Below are positions 1-42,987 of a stretch of 64,000 nucleotides of DNA, in pieces (the stretch's first letter is position 1; every line of letters begins with the position of its first letter). The DNA is from Paraspadella gotoi. Taxonomy: Eukaryota; Animalia; Chaetognatha. Both the position numbers and the translations under genes were made by a program. Below the pieces are notes generated by a model, which searched no databases, was not told where the DNA came from, and saw only the letters and a list, made by a program, of their open reading frames with translations. Where the stretch lies: assembly GCA_051294375.1 (NCBI GenBank), contig CM119267.1, forward strand, positions 12,050,311-12,114,310, read 5' to 3'.

Positions 1-751
1 TTTTTAACTTTTTTTAACTTTTAGGGTCAATAGCAAGGAAAAATTGTTACTGTTATTCAATTGATTTCATTTAAAATTGGATTTATATATATGTATCTAT
101 ATATTTTTTTATCAACCAAAACAAAATTACAAGCTTTTCTGATATACCTAAAAGGAACCAACAAAAGAACGCTCTCAGAAACCGACCAATTCCTGATGTT
201 ATGTATAATTTCATTTTCCCTTGTATTGTATCTTATTTTTTTATTTTATTTTAATGTTTCATTTTGAAGGAAAAAGCATTTTTTTAATCTAACAAATTTA
301 AGGAACAACCTTGGTTTTATTATTGATAATCATAAGAGTGGAGTTGTCTGTGCCTTCTCCATTACAACACATAAAAAAGCATGTGATCAAAGGCAACCAA
401 TGAACGACCTGCTTTTTCGCAGCTGCGTAGGCAGAAAGATAGAAAGAAAACTACACAGTAATTACAATGTAACATTCTCTATGCTTTAGAGCAAACGCTT
501 CGTGCAAAGAAAATCTTTAATGACGAAATCAGACTATTATTTAGATCTGCAACTACAACATGCCTGAAACATGCTGCATCCATGGAAAGAGAATTTGTTC
601 ATCTCATTTACTCCGTGGATGAAAAAAAAAATTTATTCAATGAGAAACGCCTTGTTAGAAAATAAAAATTAACCTACTTTCAATGGCAAAGTGACGTGAA
701 TTGATATTTCAATAAAGCATTCCATTCATTCGTCTGTTTAAAAGTAGCATT

Positions 752-3329
752 ATGGGAGGAAAATACATACCTGCTGATAAAGTAAGTTTTACTTTCGAGA
801 TGTTGTGTACTTTGTGTAGTGCGTGTGTGAAATGGCTGAAGGTGAGAGTGTGTTTGGGTAACTTTACTATCCTTATAAAATCGAAAAACTTCCAAATAGG
901 CTTTTCTTAATTTTGATTGCAGATTTGAATTCCTCGTCAAAAGTTGATAAAAGAAAATATAAATCATTTTTAAAAATTCTTTTATTAAGTGGGTTTAAAA
1001 TTTTAAAAAACTTGCTTCTTTTTATTTTTATATTAAATGTAAATGCAAAATATATTAAATAATCAAATAATTAATCAATTAATTAATCAATTAGTTAATT
1101 AATTAATCAGTTAATTAATCAATTAATTATTAAATCAATTTATTAATTAATTATTTAATCAATCAATCAAGACAATCGTTATCGGCATTATTGTCGTCGT
1201 CGCCATCATCGTCGTTGCTTTTGTCGTGGTCATTGACGAAAACACCGAAAAACAAACATTTCGGATGATAAATTAAAAATATTAAAATTAAAATAAAATA
1301 AATAAAAAAATATTACTAGATTTATCATAATTTATTTTCTGATTAGTTACTTTCCGCTAAATCTTTTTCGTTCACTCAGATCAATCTAAAGCTTATCCTC
1401 GTATCTGGAAAAACAAGGGAGTTCTTTTTCAACGCCAGCGATTCTGCCCGTGAAATTGCTCAATTTGTATTCGACAACTGGCCACCAGGTATTATTTCAG
1501 TGATAGTTATATGGTGTTTAAAATTGTTTGCGTGATTGGCTTATTCATATATGAAATTGGTACAACCAATATAAAAATTATCCATTCATTTAATAAATAA
1601 GCTATCTTGCCCCTGACTTTGGACAGGCTTTGGTGGTTTAAGGCCTTTATGTAGTATGAATGGAAATTTTGTGCTCCTTGTGCACTATCCAATGAAATTA
1701 ATACAACCAATCTAAAATTATCGATGAGGCCTCCATCCCTCTTACATTTACAAAATAATAAAATAGCAAAACCCTGAAAGCTTCCAATTAATACTCTCTC
1801 TGTCTTGTCTTTAAAATCCTAGAGAACCTTTTTTGTTTATCACTGAATTGGTATAATAATATTAATAATAATGTTTTATGAGCTGTTTCAGTAGCATAAA
1901 AGGACCAATTCCTTAATTATTAATTATTATTATTATTATTACCTTTGTTTTAATTTAGAAGCTTGCTACTAGGATTGGCTTCTCTTCTTGTTTACTTTTT
2001 AGCAGCCAAATTTGGTTTTTGAACGTTTTTAATTGAGATGACCGTAATCGAAACACGATATATAACATGGTTATTTATTTTGACTTACGAATGCATTGAT
2101 TTATTTTCATTACAGTATTTGATTCTTGTGTGATAATCCTTTCATTTCGTTGCGTAATGAGATTTAGTGAAAAAGTTGGAATTTGATGCAACAACGAATT
2201 TTTATTTTCAGAAGAAAACGGACATGTTTCGATTTTTTTTCAATTTCAAGCCTTCATCAGCGTTTAACAGTTTTTGTCAAATTGTGCAAAAGAAGAGGGG
2301 AGGGAAAAAGCGAGAAAGAGAGAGAGAGAGAGAGAATTGAATTGTATTGAATTGTATTAAAGAAACGGGCTTTGGGCTACATTGTGCCCCTAAAAGCTAC
2401 ATCAATTTACAAAATGATATTCACAAGTTGAAAAGTATTTAAAGATATAAACGAAAATCGGGTAGAGTTTTTATCCTAAACATGTTTCATGACATCTTTC
2501 CAAGAGGCAGTTCAAACAATCTTTCTTTTTCGAAATGTTGTCCCAACCTAATAAAAGCTCTATTGGTGACATATTAGTGTAGGTCGAATTTTTTTCAATA
2601 CGATCAACAATGGTATCAAAAAGAGAATTATTTCGAATCATGTTTTTTAAACGTCTTACTGACATATTTCTTACATATTCAGATAGTGGGAGAGAGAGAG
2701 AGCGAGAGAGGGAGAGAGAGCGAGCGCCAGGCAAACAAGATTTTTCCAAAACAGAGCTAAGAATAAATAGTGGTCAGGCTGAGGGGAGAACAGGCTGAAG
2801 GTAAGGACAGATAGAGTGAGTTTGGAAAAGAAGTGAAAATGGTCAGAGAGTCCGTTTTCTTCTGGAAATAAAAATTCGTTGTGGCATCAAATTCAAACTT
2901 TTTCACTGTATTATGATCCCTTTTTTCCGTTGTGTTTGGACATTTTGTAAAACTTTTTGACTAAAGTATTTGATTCTAATTATTTCCCCTCTATTCCAAT
3001 CGCTACAACCACTCACCTTTCAAGATTGGACAGAGGAGAGCGTGAGTCGACCCGAGATCTTGCGCTTGATTTATCAAGGTCGATTTCTTCACGGCAACGT
3101 TACTCTCGGAGCGTTGCAGCTCCCCGCTGGAAAAACTACTGTCATGCATCTCGTTCCGAGGGAAAATCTACCAGAGCCCAACAGTCAAGGTTGAGAATGA
3201 CTCTTGTTTGTCTATTGTCTAATTTCTATCATCGACGGTGGATTTTTTAATGACAAAAACATTGCTTTTTCTGTAGGCTTAAAGAAAAAAGACAAAACTG
3301 GCGAAAGTCAATGCTGCAGCATCCTGTAA
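752..3329 (+). CDS. UBL3: Ubiquitin-like protein 3 (membrane-anchored ubiquitin-fold, MUB), complete, 4 exons
   Basis: Exons 752-781, 1380-1488, 3025-3189 and 3277-3329 join in frame with GT-AG introns. Protein: MGGKYIPADK|INLKLILVSGKTREFFFNASDSAREIAQFVFDNWPP|DWTEESVSRPEILRLIYQGRFLHGNVTLGALQLPAGKTTVMHLVPRENLPEPNSQ|GLKKKDKTGESQCCSIL*. This matches UBL3 motifs and ends in a CaaX box (CSIL). Confidence 0.96.
860..1010. mobile_element. Fragment (one arm) of the foldback hAT-type MITE family, in UBL3 intron 1
   Basis: Its reverse complement closely matches ~36555-36700 (e.g. gcagatttgaattcctcgtcaaaagttgataaaagaaaatat). Confidence 0.7.
1065..1169. repeat. AT-rich tandem repeat (aattaatc / aatc units)
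   Basis: Reiterated aattaatc(a) units are visible directly. Confidence 0.7.
1550..1646 (-). repeat. Copy of the ~135-bp dispersed repeat
   Basis: Reverse complement of aggccttaaaccaccaaagcctgtccaaagtcaggggcaagatagcttatttattaaatgaatggataatttttatattggttgtaccaatttcata. A second degenerate piece lies at ~1692-1746. Confidence 0.85.
2335..2690 (-). mobile_element. Probable 5'-truncated non-LTR retrotransposon (LINE) 3' end inside a (GA)n tract
   Basis: The minus strand encodes RNNSLFDTIVDRIEKNSTYTNMSPIELLLGWDN, which resembles LINE ORF2 C-terminal tails. A short 3' UTR follows and ends in a tandem tail (aatacaattc)x2 aatt. (GA)n flanks both sides. No RT core is present. Confidence 0.45.
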
Positions 3330-5260
3330 TAATCAATCGGATAAAATTGTTCAGCGGAATGAGAAAAATCGAAATCCAGTGAATTTCATCGTGAGAAAAA
3401 CGTTTTTTCGACTTTACACTAACGTTTTGCTCCTAACAATCATCTTCATCAGATAATCCTTGTCGTCATTTAAAGTGACATTTCATCTGTTGCCTCGTCT
3501 CGCCTCGTCTCAAGTTATATATTTCTGTATTTAATATTTGTTTTAAATGCAACTACGGAATACTAGTTTGTTTTAAGTGTTTCAATTTCAGTATAGAATA
3601 ACAAGGTGTTTGTCAGTGCTATAGTTTTAAATTAAAAAAAAGTAATGCGGATAAAACTAAAAATGATAAATGGCAGTTTCCTAAAAAACAAGCCAAATAT
3701 TTTGACTAAAATTTGGTTTCTCTTTTTAATTCATTAAAGAAGATTAGCCTTTCGTACTCGTTTAATATCCGTTTCGGGGCACTGCTTATATTGCTTTGTA
3801 GATTGTATATGATGTATGAATTTGTCATATTCACCGATCTTACTCTGTTACATATCTGTTTTGAGTTGTAAAACTGAGTGAAATAAAGCTATAAATTTAT
3901 TCTGTCCTAATTTTTTTAATTTATGTCATTGCTGAAAACAAACTACACTTAGTGTAATTTCGTTTTCAACGGTCGGATCTAGAATTTTAACTTTTTAGGG
4001 CATATTCTTACAGGGGTGAACAAAATTTGAAAAATCATTCTCTAAAACTGTAAATGATTTTTGAAATCTAAATATATATTCAAATTATGTTCTTTCTTAG
4101 CTTTTAGCCAATATAATAGTTGTTTTGAAATATTTTGATATAATGCTCATTTTGATGCAGCGATGGCAACGTCTCTGATTTGTCCGCGCGGTTTGGAAGA
4201 AATACTTGTTTGATCTCATTCTAAAAATTAAACGATATTGCTGGATAAGTAAATTAATCATGTAAGGTTTCTGAATGTATTATAAAAGGGTGAAAATAGT
4301 AAAAAGCATATTAATGATTTAAGGGTATTCTTTAAAAAAATTTTTACAATTGTGTTTTACTACTGGGCCGATATTGATGATTTGCATGAACTTACTACAT
4401 AACTAACTACTGTATAGGGCAATGGGATTTTTTAAATTTGACCTATGACCCGAGATATGGGCCCCTAAGAACGCCCAGGTTGGCAAAAATTGGAAAATTT
4501 CTTTTTTCAAATTTTGTTAATTTTTTTATCCCGTTTTTTATCGTATCAAATTTGGTTCAGTGATTTGGTCAGAACCAATTCTCGGTTCGAAAAAGCGATA
4601 TAGCATTTTCTAATATGAGGCCTTCTGTATTTTGTTTTGTTGTATTTGAAAGAAAAAAGCCAGAATAATCTTTTGGCACTCATTTTATTATTGTATCTCT
4701 AATCGTTCAGACAGGGCAGGACGTTATGTCCCACCACCCCTTTATTTGCGAAAAGTCAATGTTTTCTGTATTATTATTAAAGTATTTAGATTTGAGTTAT
4801 GCTCAATATTATTTACTTAGCAAATGATTCTGTACTGTAACTAAAAAAGAACCAAAGTAAGGAATAAGTTGATAAACTACAAGTTACCAAAGTTCTTGCG
4901 AGCGAAGATGTCCTCAAACGTAAGTTGCGTTATATCTAAATAATTCAAAATCTTTGAAAAATTTTATGAAAACCTAAAGCACGGCAAATGCGACGTTATT
5001 TCTGTTGTCGATTCTTTGTTTTTTCATCATGAGACATGACGTCAGTTTCTTTTCAAGAAAAGTTTTAATTAGCTTGGACATCGGCCATTAAAGAGTGGCT
5101 GGGAATGCAGTAGGAAAAAACGGAGAATGATTATCTTGCCCATTGAGAAAAATCTTTAATTAATAGTAATATATATATTTTAAAATTTCAAAAAAAGTTT
5201 CGCACCTCTTTTGGTGTTTAGGCGTATATCACTGTAATCTATATATTAAATCCAACAACC

Positions 5261-5392
5261 GTTCATCTGCGGCCGGAGGCAAGTCAATCGCCTCCCAACC
5301 CAAAGGTCCGGGGTTCTATCCCGGTGGTCGCCTAGCAGTTAAGAGGGACGGGGCGCTTAACCCCCCTGTATCACGGTGTTGCTGCCTGATCC
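5261..5392 (+). mobile_element. tRNA-derived SINE-like element or tRNA pseudogene (Gly-like head)
   Basis: Has an A-box-like tgcggccggagg, an anticodon-arm-like cgcctcccaaccc and a B-box ggttctatccc at 5312-5322, followed by a GC-rich body. No full cloverleaf or acceptor stem. Confidence 0.55.
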
Positions 5393-5671
5393 ATTTTTAA
5401 TCTACTACATTTTTAATCTATCACAAAATATTAGAAAAAAGATTCGTCTTAAATCTATCAGATTTTTTTACATTCAGCTTTGCGGTAAAGTACTTCTTTT
5501 TCAAAAAATCATTGCTTCTAAATGGATGGCCCAATTTTAATAAAATTTATGCCAAACTTAACATCTTTCAATAAACTTTAAATCACTTTTAAATTTTTTT
5601 TATAATGAAAGTATATAGGGTAATTTTAAAAGTCCGAAAGTGGCGCGTTTTTTTTGCACAGGACTGTACAG

Positions 5672-6314
5672 TAGAGTGATGTGAAAATGATAAAATTTTA
5701 GAAAATTAAAATTTAGCATATAAAATATGAAAATAAAAACTAATAAAAATATTTTGATAAATTTATTTTTTAATTTTATATATTAATGGCTACCAGTGAG
5801 CTATATTTATATATGGTAATAAGTATATTATAAGCTAAAATTTCAAAATGCAAATTTTTAAATTTTAAGATCGGATTTGGATTCCTTGCAAAAAGTTATT
5901 AAAAGAAAGTATAATTCTTTTTTACAAATTATTTTATTAAGTTGGTTAAAAATATGAAAAAATGTGCGGCCAATCTGACTTACCACAAATGTATTTAAGA
6001 TGCCGATTTTTAATTTCGAGCTTAAAAAGTTTTTTTATAATTTTAACCAACTTAATGACATAATTTTTGAAAAAGATTTTATTTTCTTTTATTAACTTTT
6101 AATAAGGAATCTGAATCTGTTCTCAGAATTTAAAAAAAAACATTTTTAAATTTTGACATTATATATAAGTAGTACTATATACAAAATATACAAAATAAGC
6201 TGACTGGGCTACTATATTTGTAAAAAAAAAATAATTAAAGATTAGTATTCACTAATATGATAGTTTTCAAGATATATTTGCTAAATTTTGATTCCAAACT
6301 TTTACTTCACCCTA
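5672..6314. mobile_element. Foldback non-autonomous DNA transposon (hAT-type MITE), 643 bp
   Basis: Termini tagagtgatgtgaaa ... tttacttcacccta form TAG(A/G)GTG TIRs, flanked by the 8-bp direct repeat ctgtacag (5664-5671, 6315-6322). The arms are imperfect inverted copies along most of the length (e.g. 5870-5960 vs 6030-6125). Confidence 0.85.
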
Positions 6315-6322
6315 CTGTACAG

Positions 6323-6509
6323 TAATTCTAAAAATAATTTTTGGACTTTCCTATCTATAAATAAATATTAAAAAAATAATTACTATGGTATAGAGCCATA
6401 TTAAAAATTTTTTATCCATTGAAAGTATTCTTAAAAATGTCTAAATATTCGTTTGAGCATTTACTCACTCTAAATTTTTGACTCACCCCATTGAGTGCGG
6501 CTACCCCTA
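6323..6509. mobile_element. Right end of a second, related hAT-type MITE family
   Basis: Ends in ccccattgagtgcggctaccccta. Similar to the right part (56080-56250) of the insertion at 55618-56250, whose left end reads tagcggtagccgac. Confidence 0.6.
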
Positions 6510-6594
6510 TTATTACCTTATTATTATTATTATTATTATTATTACCCTAATATTAGCCTCTGAATTTCTGATCTAATTGTAGTCTCCACTATAC

Positions 6595-6700
6595 TATGAA
6601 ATTGGTACAACCAATATAAAAATTATCCATTTATTTAATTAATAAGCTATCTTGTCCCTGACTTTGGACAGGCTTTGGTGGTTTCAGGCCTCCATCACTC
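6595..6700 (-). repeat. Copy of the ~135-bp dispersed repeat
   Basis: Near-identical to 1550-1646 and to the reverse complement of 37397-37531. Confidence 0.85.
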
Positions 6701-6959
6701 ACTATACTATACTATACTATAGTACATGCCGACGATTTTATTTTTGACATAAAATTTTAATAAAATTGCGATAAATATTCTTTTACGAATAATATTAATA
6801 ATAAAATAATTGGTAAATATATTATAGTAATATCTATTGGTTTCGTTTTCTCATTTTTATTTTCTAGTTTATTTTCTTTTTTCTATTCAATTTCAATTTT
6901 CGATTTCATGATAATGATTTCATGATTGTTCTTTCTTTCTCATTTTATAATGTCAAATT

Positions 6960-7190
6960 CATCACGTCACAGACCCGCGTTCCTCAGTTGCCAAGGCTGC
7001 CTAGGAAAAACGGTTTAACCGAAACGACCAACCAAAACGAACTAATAGGATTTGAGAAAATGAGATTCATTGAAAAACACTAAGAAAATTAACCAATCAC
7101 AGAAAGGCGATGCTTGCTTTCTTCTCAGGCCAAAACGACTAACCGATCCGGACCAATGAGAGACAAGCACTGAAGCGACACTCGCCAATC
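6960..7190 (+). promoter_or_regulatory. Putative promoter of LC8 copy 1
   Basis: Contains CRE-like tcacgtca (6962), X-box-like gttgccaaggctgc (6987) and CCAAT boxes near 7093, 7154 and 7185. Also has the 18-mer gaaacgaccaaccaaaac (7021-7038), shared with the region upstream of LC8 copy 2. Confidence 0.5.
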
Positions 7191-7453
7191 CTCTGCTCCC
7201 GTAGCGGTTGACTAGCCAACGTTCACGAAAAAAATATTTCTGTTTCTCCCATTACCGTAAAATTTCAATCTATTTTCGTCAAGCTTCATCGACGCCGAGC
7301 GACGAGCTTCTTCGCTGTCTTAGTTTACTTTATCGAAAGGTGAGCCCTTTACTCAGTTTTGCTGGCATACCGGTACTTAAAACCACGGTTGAAACAATAT
7401 TTTTTGGGGGCATAGTTTTTCTTTTCGAACAACGTTCCGGAAGCACCGCAACC

Positions 7454-8097
<644 letters not shown>

Positions 8098-8820
8098 TGA
8101 GTACTTTCGTTACCATTCCTCAACAGCATAGAAAAAAATTGTATTTAATTTTTGGAAAAGACAATCTTCGAATTTGTCCCCTTTCCCCCTTTTTTTCATG
8201 TAGTCTAAAAATCAAACTATTAGTTACGTTTAAGGAGAGGCATATTACGAGCCATGCTACTGTTGATTGATTATACGAATTGTATACTGGATACATGTAA
8301 GAAGTTTTTAAAAAGTCATTCATTAAACATAAAATTAAATGTTCTAGTTCGTTGCTGAAGCAGTTACCAGAATGTGTAAAAGGATCTTCCCAACGATCTT
8401 TTTCGCATTTGTGGTTTCTGCAGATCGAGCCAGCTACTTAACCTGCCAGTTAGATATTCATGTGCATGTGTTCTATGTAGGTTCATGTCATGGATTTGAA
8501 AAATGGAGTGAGTCAAATACTTAGTACTTTTCTGTAATTTTTATTTGCTACGACAATAAACATTAAACAATTTCTCTTTATCACGCTGATTTTCTTAACG
8601 TATTATTCGTTAATTCAGCGAGCTGTTATTTTTGATAGCTAATCTTGAGACTTTATGAAAAATGAATTAAAACCTTAAAATTGGAACTTTAAAAGAACTC
8701 AAATCAAATAGGTATTTTGAATACATTTTAAATTACATGGATTTTAGCCCTGGTTAAACTAAAAGCAATTAGATCGATTTGAAATTGTTTTTGTTATCGT
8801 CTTTATTACCTACTTCATGC

Positions 8821-10930
8821 CTAAAAATCATTGAACAACTCTTCATACAAGTTATGCGCTGAGACTCTCATCGCAACTTCTTCGATCGGCTTTCTGGCGA
8901 CCTGGAGTGGATCGGTCCATTGCGGGAAAAAGGGCGGCGGTCGCGCCTTTGGGGCAGTAGAAGAAACCCGTTTTAAATTCAAACTGGTATTTTTGTCGGC
9001 AAAGAGGAAATGCCGGTTAGATCGACATTTCGTATGCATTGACAAAAAATTTGAAAAAAGAGGATTGGATTGAGGTTCATCATTTATCATTAATTGATTA
9101 AATGATAATCGGTCTCGCCTTCGTGTAAAGCCTGAGCCAACTCGCGCCGTTGAAAAAGGGGTGTCGCTTGATGGCCTCGATGCCGTCACCGACGACGCCG
9201 AGTCGACTATCCACTGGGCGGAGAAGCGCCTCCACGAAGCGGATCAACTCGCGACTCAGGTGACTCGGATATCTCGGAGACATTTGCAACGTGAGTTTGA
9301 AGACTTGCTTGCGTGTCGGAGCGAAGAAAGGGCTTTGCCCGCAGGCCAGTTCGTAACACAGCACGCCCAAGGTCCAAAAATCCACGGCTTTAGTGTAGCC
9401 TGTCGTAGATCAAGATATAATTATGTATAAAGTACTAATAAAGTTAAGTTTCTTGGACGAGAAAATTCGTCACATTCGTCACACATGGTCGACCTTCGCG
9501 CTGGAGAATTTCCGGCGCCATGTAAATCGGGCATCCGGTGAATGAGAACGTCAGTTCATCGACAACCATTTTTGCTAGAGCAAAGTCGCAAAGTTTTGGA
9601 TAACCATCGTTAGCTACCATTATGTTTTCGGGTTTCAAATCGCGATATGCAATGCCGCAATACTGGTGGAAAGAGTAGAAAAAATTAGTAAAACCAATCA
9701 TATTGGGCTGTATTTTTTGTTTAACGTAAACAATGACATTCAAATTGTCCTAAGCAATGAACACTACCGTCACCTGTAAGTATTCAACAGCGAGCACCAT
9801 GCATTGGACGTAGAATTGTACGTGTTCCTCCAGCATAGCCCCGTGGTCTTTCAAATAGTCGTACAAGTCGCCACCAGGGAGAAATTCCATCACCATGAAG
9901 AGATAGGAGTTGTTCTGGAAATGATCTTCTACCTCGACCACGAAAGGATTAGACAATGCCTGTTTATTTAATATTGTGTAATTAACATGAAAACGAGGTT
10001 GGATAGAAATAATGTGTTTTCGAACGCTCGGGCAATGGTAGGAAGATAAGAATACCCGGGACACGACTCGATCACCTATTAAATTTTATTTAACGAAAAT
10101 GGACAATGGACATACATGCAGAAGTCTTTTTTCGTTAACCGCCTTTAACGCTAATTTCTTTTTCACGATTTTCTTTTTATCCACGATTTTCATGACGCGG
10201 AAACGATCTTCGTCTATAGATCGACACAGCATCACCCGCCCAAAAGTACCTGAGAGTGAGTTATACTTGATACGGCATTGCACGATTACTAAATTCTTAA
10301 CCCCGCCAATAAACTTCCTGTGACTCTTGTGAATCGACAGAACATCATTTAATGATTTATTTTTCCTTTTCTCCCGGATCCACCTCATTGCTTTTAATAC
10401 TTAGTAGACGATCATGCTGCGCACTGCCCACCTTTTCCCAACGAGTAGTGTCTGATATAATTATTGAGATAGCGGTGGGAATGCTTGTGATCCCTGAAAC
10501 GTGCGTTGACGGAGTATTTGAGAAAAAAGGAGTCGACTTCTTCCTCCATAACATCGAACCAATTTTTTTCCGAGACGACGACCAAGATCTCTTCCGAAGT
10601 CTTAGAAGTTTTCTTCTCCTTTTTGGATTTGGTCAGAGTCACGGCCTCTGATGAGTCAACGGGCTCTGTTGTCGCCTCTGGTGATCCCATTTCGGCAGGT
10701 TCCTCTTCGGATGCGAGAGTTTGGGATTTCAGGGATTTGCGTTCTTCAATCGACTTGCGCGTTTCCATGGATCCCCTGCCCGTGGACTTGCGCGCCTCCA
10801 TCGATCCCCTACCCGCCTCTATGGATCCCCTTCCCGTCGAATTTCGCGCCTCCATAGAAGCCCGCGGTGGCAACTCTTCTTCACTGTCAGCTTGGTTCCG
10901 GTTCCTTATTCAGTTATTTGGTGTTACTAA

Positions 10931-10998
<68 letters not shown>

Positions 10999-11191
10999 CT
11001 TACAATGTCAGTGCTCTCCTCTCCCAATAACCCCCGACCCCTTTCCCAAGTAGGTGATCCACCCGTCGAAACTCTATCCGTTTTTCTTTGTAAGTGTGAC
11101 CGTTGTAATCCCGGCTTCCGTCACCGTCACTTTTCAATCGCCAGCGCCTTCCTCCTCGGTCCCGCCTCATCTCCCGCAGTTCATCCATCAT
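8821..11191 (-). CDS. Divergent cAMP-dependent protein kinase catalytic-subunit-like (AGC/PKA-C) Ser/Thr kinase, 7 exons
   Basis: Exons 11191-11004, 10904-10432, 10249-10116, 9959-9774, 9662-9494, 9399-9119 and 8946-8821 join in frame. Motifs: LGKGTFGRV, VMK, MEFLPGGDL, YRDLKPEN, DFALAK, YMAPE, GYTKAVDFWTLGV, IKRHPFF, PFFP, RVS turn motif and terminal FNDF hydrophobic motif. The first exon and the GC donor of the last intron are less certain. Confidence 0.9.
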
Positions 11192-11611
11192 CGGTTCTTT
11201 TTTTCGATCAGTCGGTGATTTCCATGCCCGCGCTATATGAGAGACGAAGTTAATCGTGAAACTATGGTGAACCTAAACGTCGTCCTAAAAAAATTAAATG
11301 GCATAAACTGGGAATTTAATCTTAAGAATTTCGATGAAGGAATCAGACAATATGCGCGTCGAAGCCGAAATACCAGTTGCTGTCCGAGCGACGCATCTCA
11401 TCATTAAGACAATATCGGAATTCATTATCTTTGCATCACTCTTTTTCTGTTAAATGACTTTAAAATCCAATTATCACTGATCACCCATTTCCGCTATCCA
11501 TTTTCCCTCGGGTAACGTATTTCCCCTTTTTCTCATTAGTTTCTCTATCCAATTTGTTTTATTCCACCTTGTTGGATCTTAGTTTTTTTTTCATTGCCAC
11601 CCCTATTAGCG

Positions 11612-11706
<95 letters not shown>

Positions 11707-11716
11707 CTCTCTCTCT

Positions 11717-12170
11717 CACGCGCACGTTGGCGCGCGTGGCGTTGAAAGCGCGTCTCGAGGAGTTTTCTCTTTCTCTCTCTCTTTCTTCATACTTTTTTTC
11801 TTTTTCGAAGGTCAACTTTTTTCTCTTTCCTTCCGCACGACTTTTTCTCGCCTTTCCTCGTTTTCTCGGTTTTCTTCGCAACGCTTCGTCGTCTCCGGAA
11901 CTGCTCTAATCCTTTCGAATCCGCGTTAATCCATTCGGCGTCGCGATTCCCCTTTAAGCCAACGACGCGACGATAACGACGACCAAGAAAGACGCCGCCT
12001 TTTTTTTCACTTCCTTTTTCATCTTGGCCAATTCTCTGGGAAGAGTATCCGCGCGCGCGTGACGCGGGGCGCCGTTCGGGGATTCGCGCGTGCGTCGCGC
12101 GCGGGGGCGCCTAGTCGACGCCCTTTAGACATTTCGACTCGGATCTCGATTCATCTCGATCTCCGTGATC
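11717..12170. promoter_or_regulatory. CpG-rich region between the divergent kinase (-) and GALNT10-like (+) genes; candidate bidirectional promoter
   Basis: Dense cgcgcg/CpG runs at 11717-11760 and 12048-12120, in the ~1.1 kb between the two start codons. Confidence 0.45.
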
Positions 12171-12296
12171 AACTTTTAATGGATATATTTTTGACTTTAA
12201 AAAAAAATAATAATCACTACTACTAGTTTATGTAAACTCAGCATCCGGAAAATTAGAATTAAATTAAAGCGAACTAACAAAAAAGCTGAATCGAAA

Positions 12297-42224
<29,928 letters not shown>

Positions 42225-42520
42225 GTGAGGCGGTCGCTGCTCCGATTTCCCGATGTCCGAATTCAGTGACATGGGAAAAGGTGAGTGCATCTTCAATTAT
42301 AAGGGGGGCGAAGGGGGGTTAATTGGTGTAGGAGTGGCATGGGAGAAGAAGGTGAAGTTGACCTCTCATTAAAGGGGGCGAAGGCGGAGGGGTTAATGTG
42401 TAAGGGGTGGCATGGGAGAGGAGGTAAGTGCCTACTCAATTCGTTTTAACGAACCGGAGTCGATTGACTTACATCTCCCGTCTCCGCTAATTCGATCAGA
42501 CGACGAGCAGAGGAACAAAA

Positions 42521-42987
42521 CAGGGAACCTGCTATGTCATTTAATCTAATGTAAGATTGATGGAGGCCTTAAAACCACCTAAAGCCTGTCCAAAGTCTAG
42601 CGGGCCAGAAGATAGGCTTACTTTATTAAATAAATGGATAAATTTTTATAGTGTGGGCTTGTACCAAATTTCATTAAAATTCACGCAGCATACCTAGTAT
42701 TTTATGATTGCTAGTGGAGTACAATATAGTACTTCCCATCTATACATAAGGGAGTTGTCTTTTCATACAATTGAAACATTCTTGAATATTTATCCAACCT
42801 TTCATTGATTAGGGAAGCCAGGTTCTTGGAGTGAATAAACAAGACGTGAGACGAGGTCTTGAGTTAAAAGCTGTGATCAGGGACCTGCTATGTCATGTAT
42901 CTCTGTAAGAGTGAGGAGGCCTTAAACCACCATAACCTGTCAAAAGTCAGGGGCAAGAAGCTTTATTTATTAATAAATGGATAATTA
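42521..42987 (+). repeat. Two further copies of the ~135-bp dispersed repeat (42521-42675, 42878-42987)
   Basis: Both begin caggg(a)acctgctatgtcat and contain gccttaaa(a)ccacc...aagtc. Confidence 0.75.

Noticed and set aside
5667-6319. Tc1/mariner reading of the MITE (TA TSD with CAGT ends)
   Set aside because: The related element at 36238-36832 has GA, not TA, at that position. An 8-bp TSD explains both copies.
11004-11100. Second kinase Gly-rich loop (HLLGKGVGG) in kinase exon 1
   Set aside because: No downstream kinase subdomains follow it. The true loop is LGKG|TFGRV at 10432/10249.
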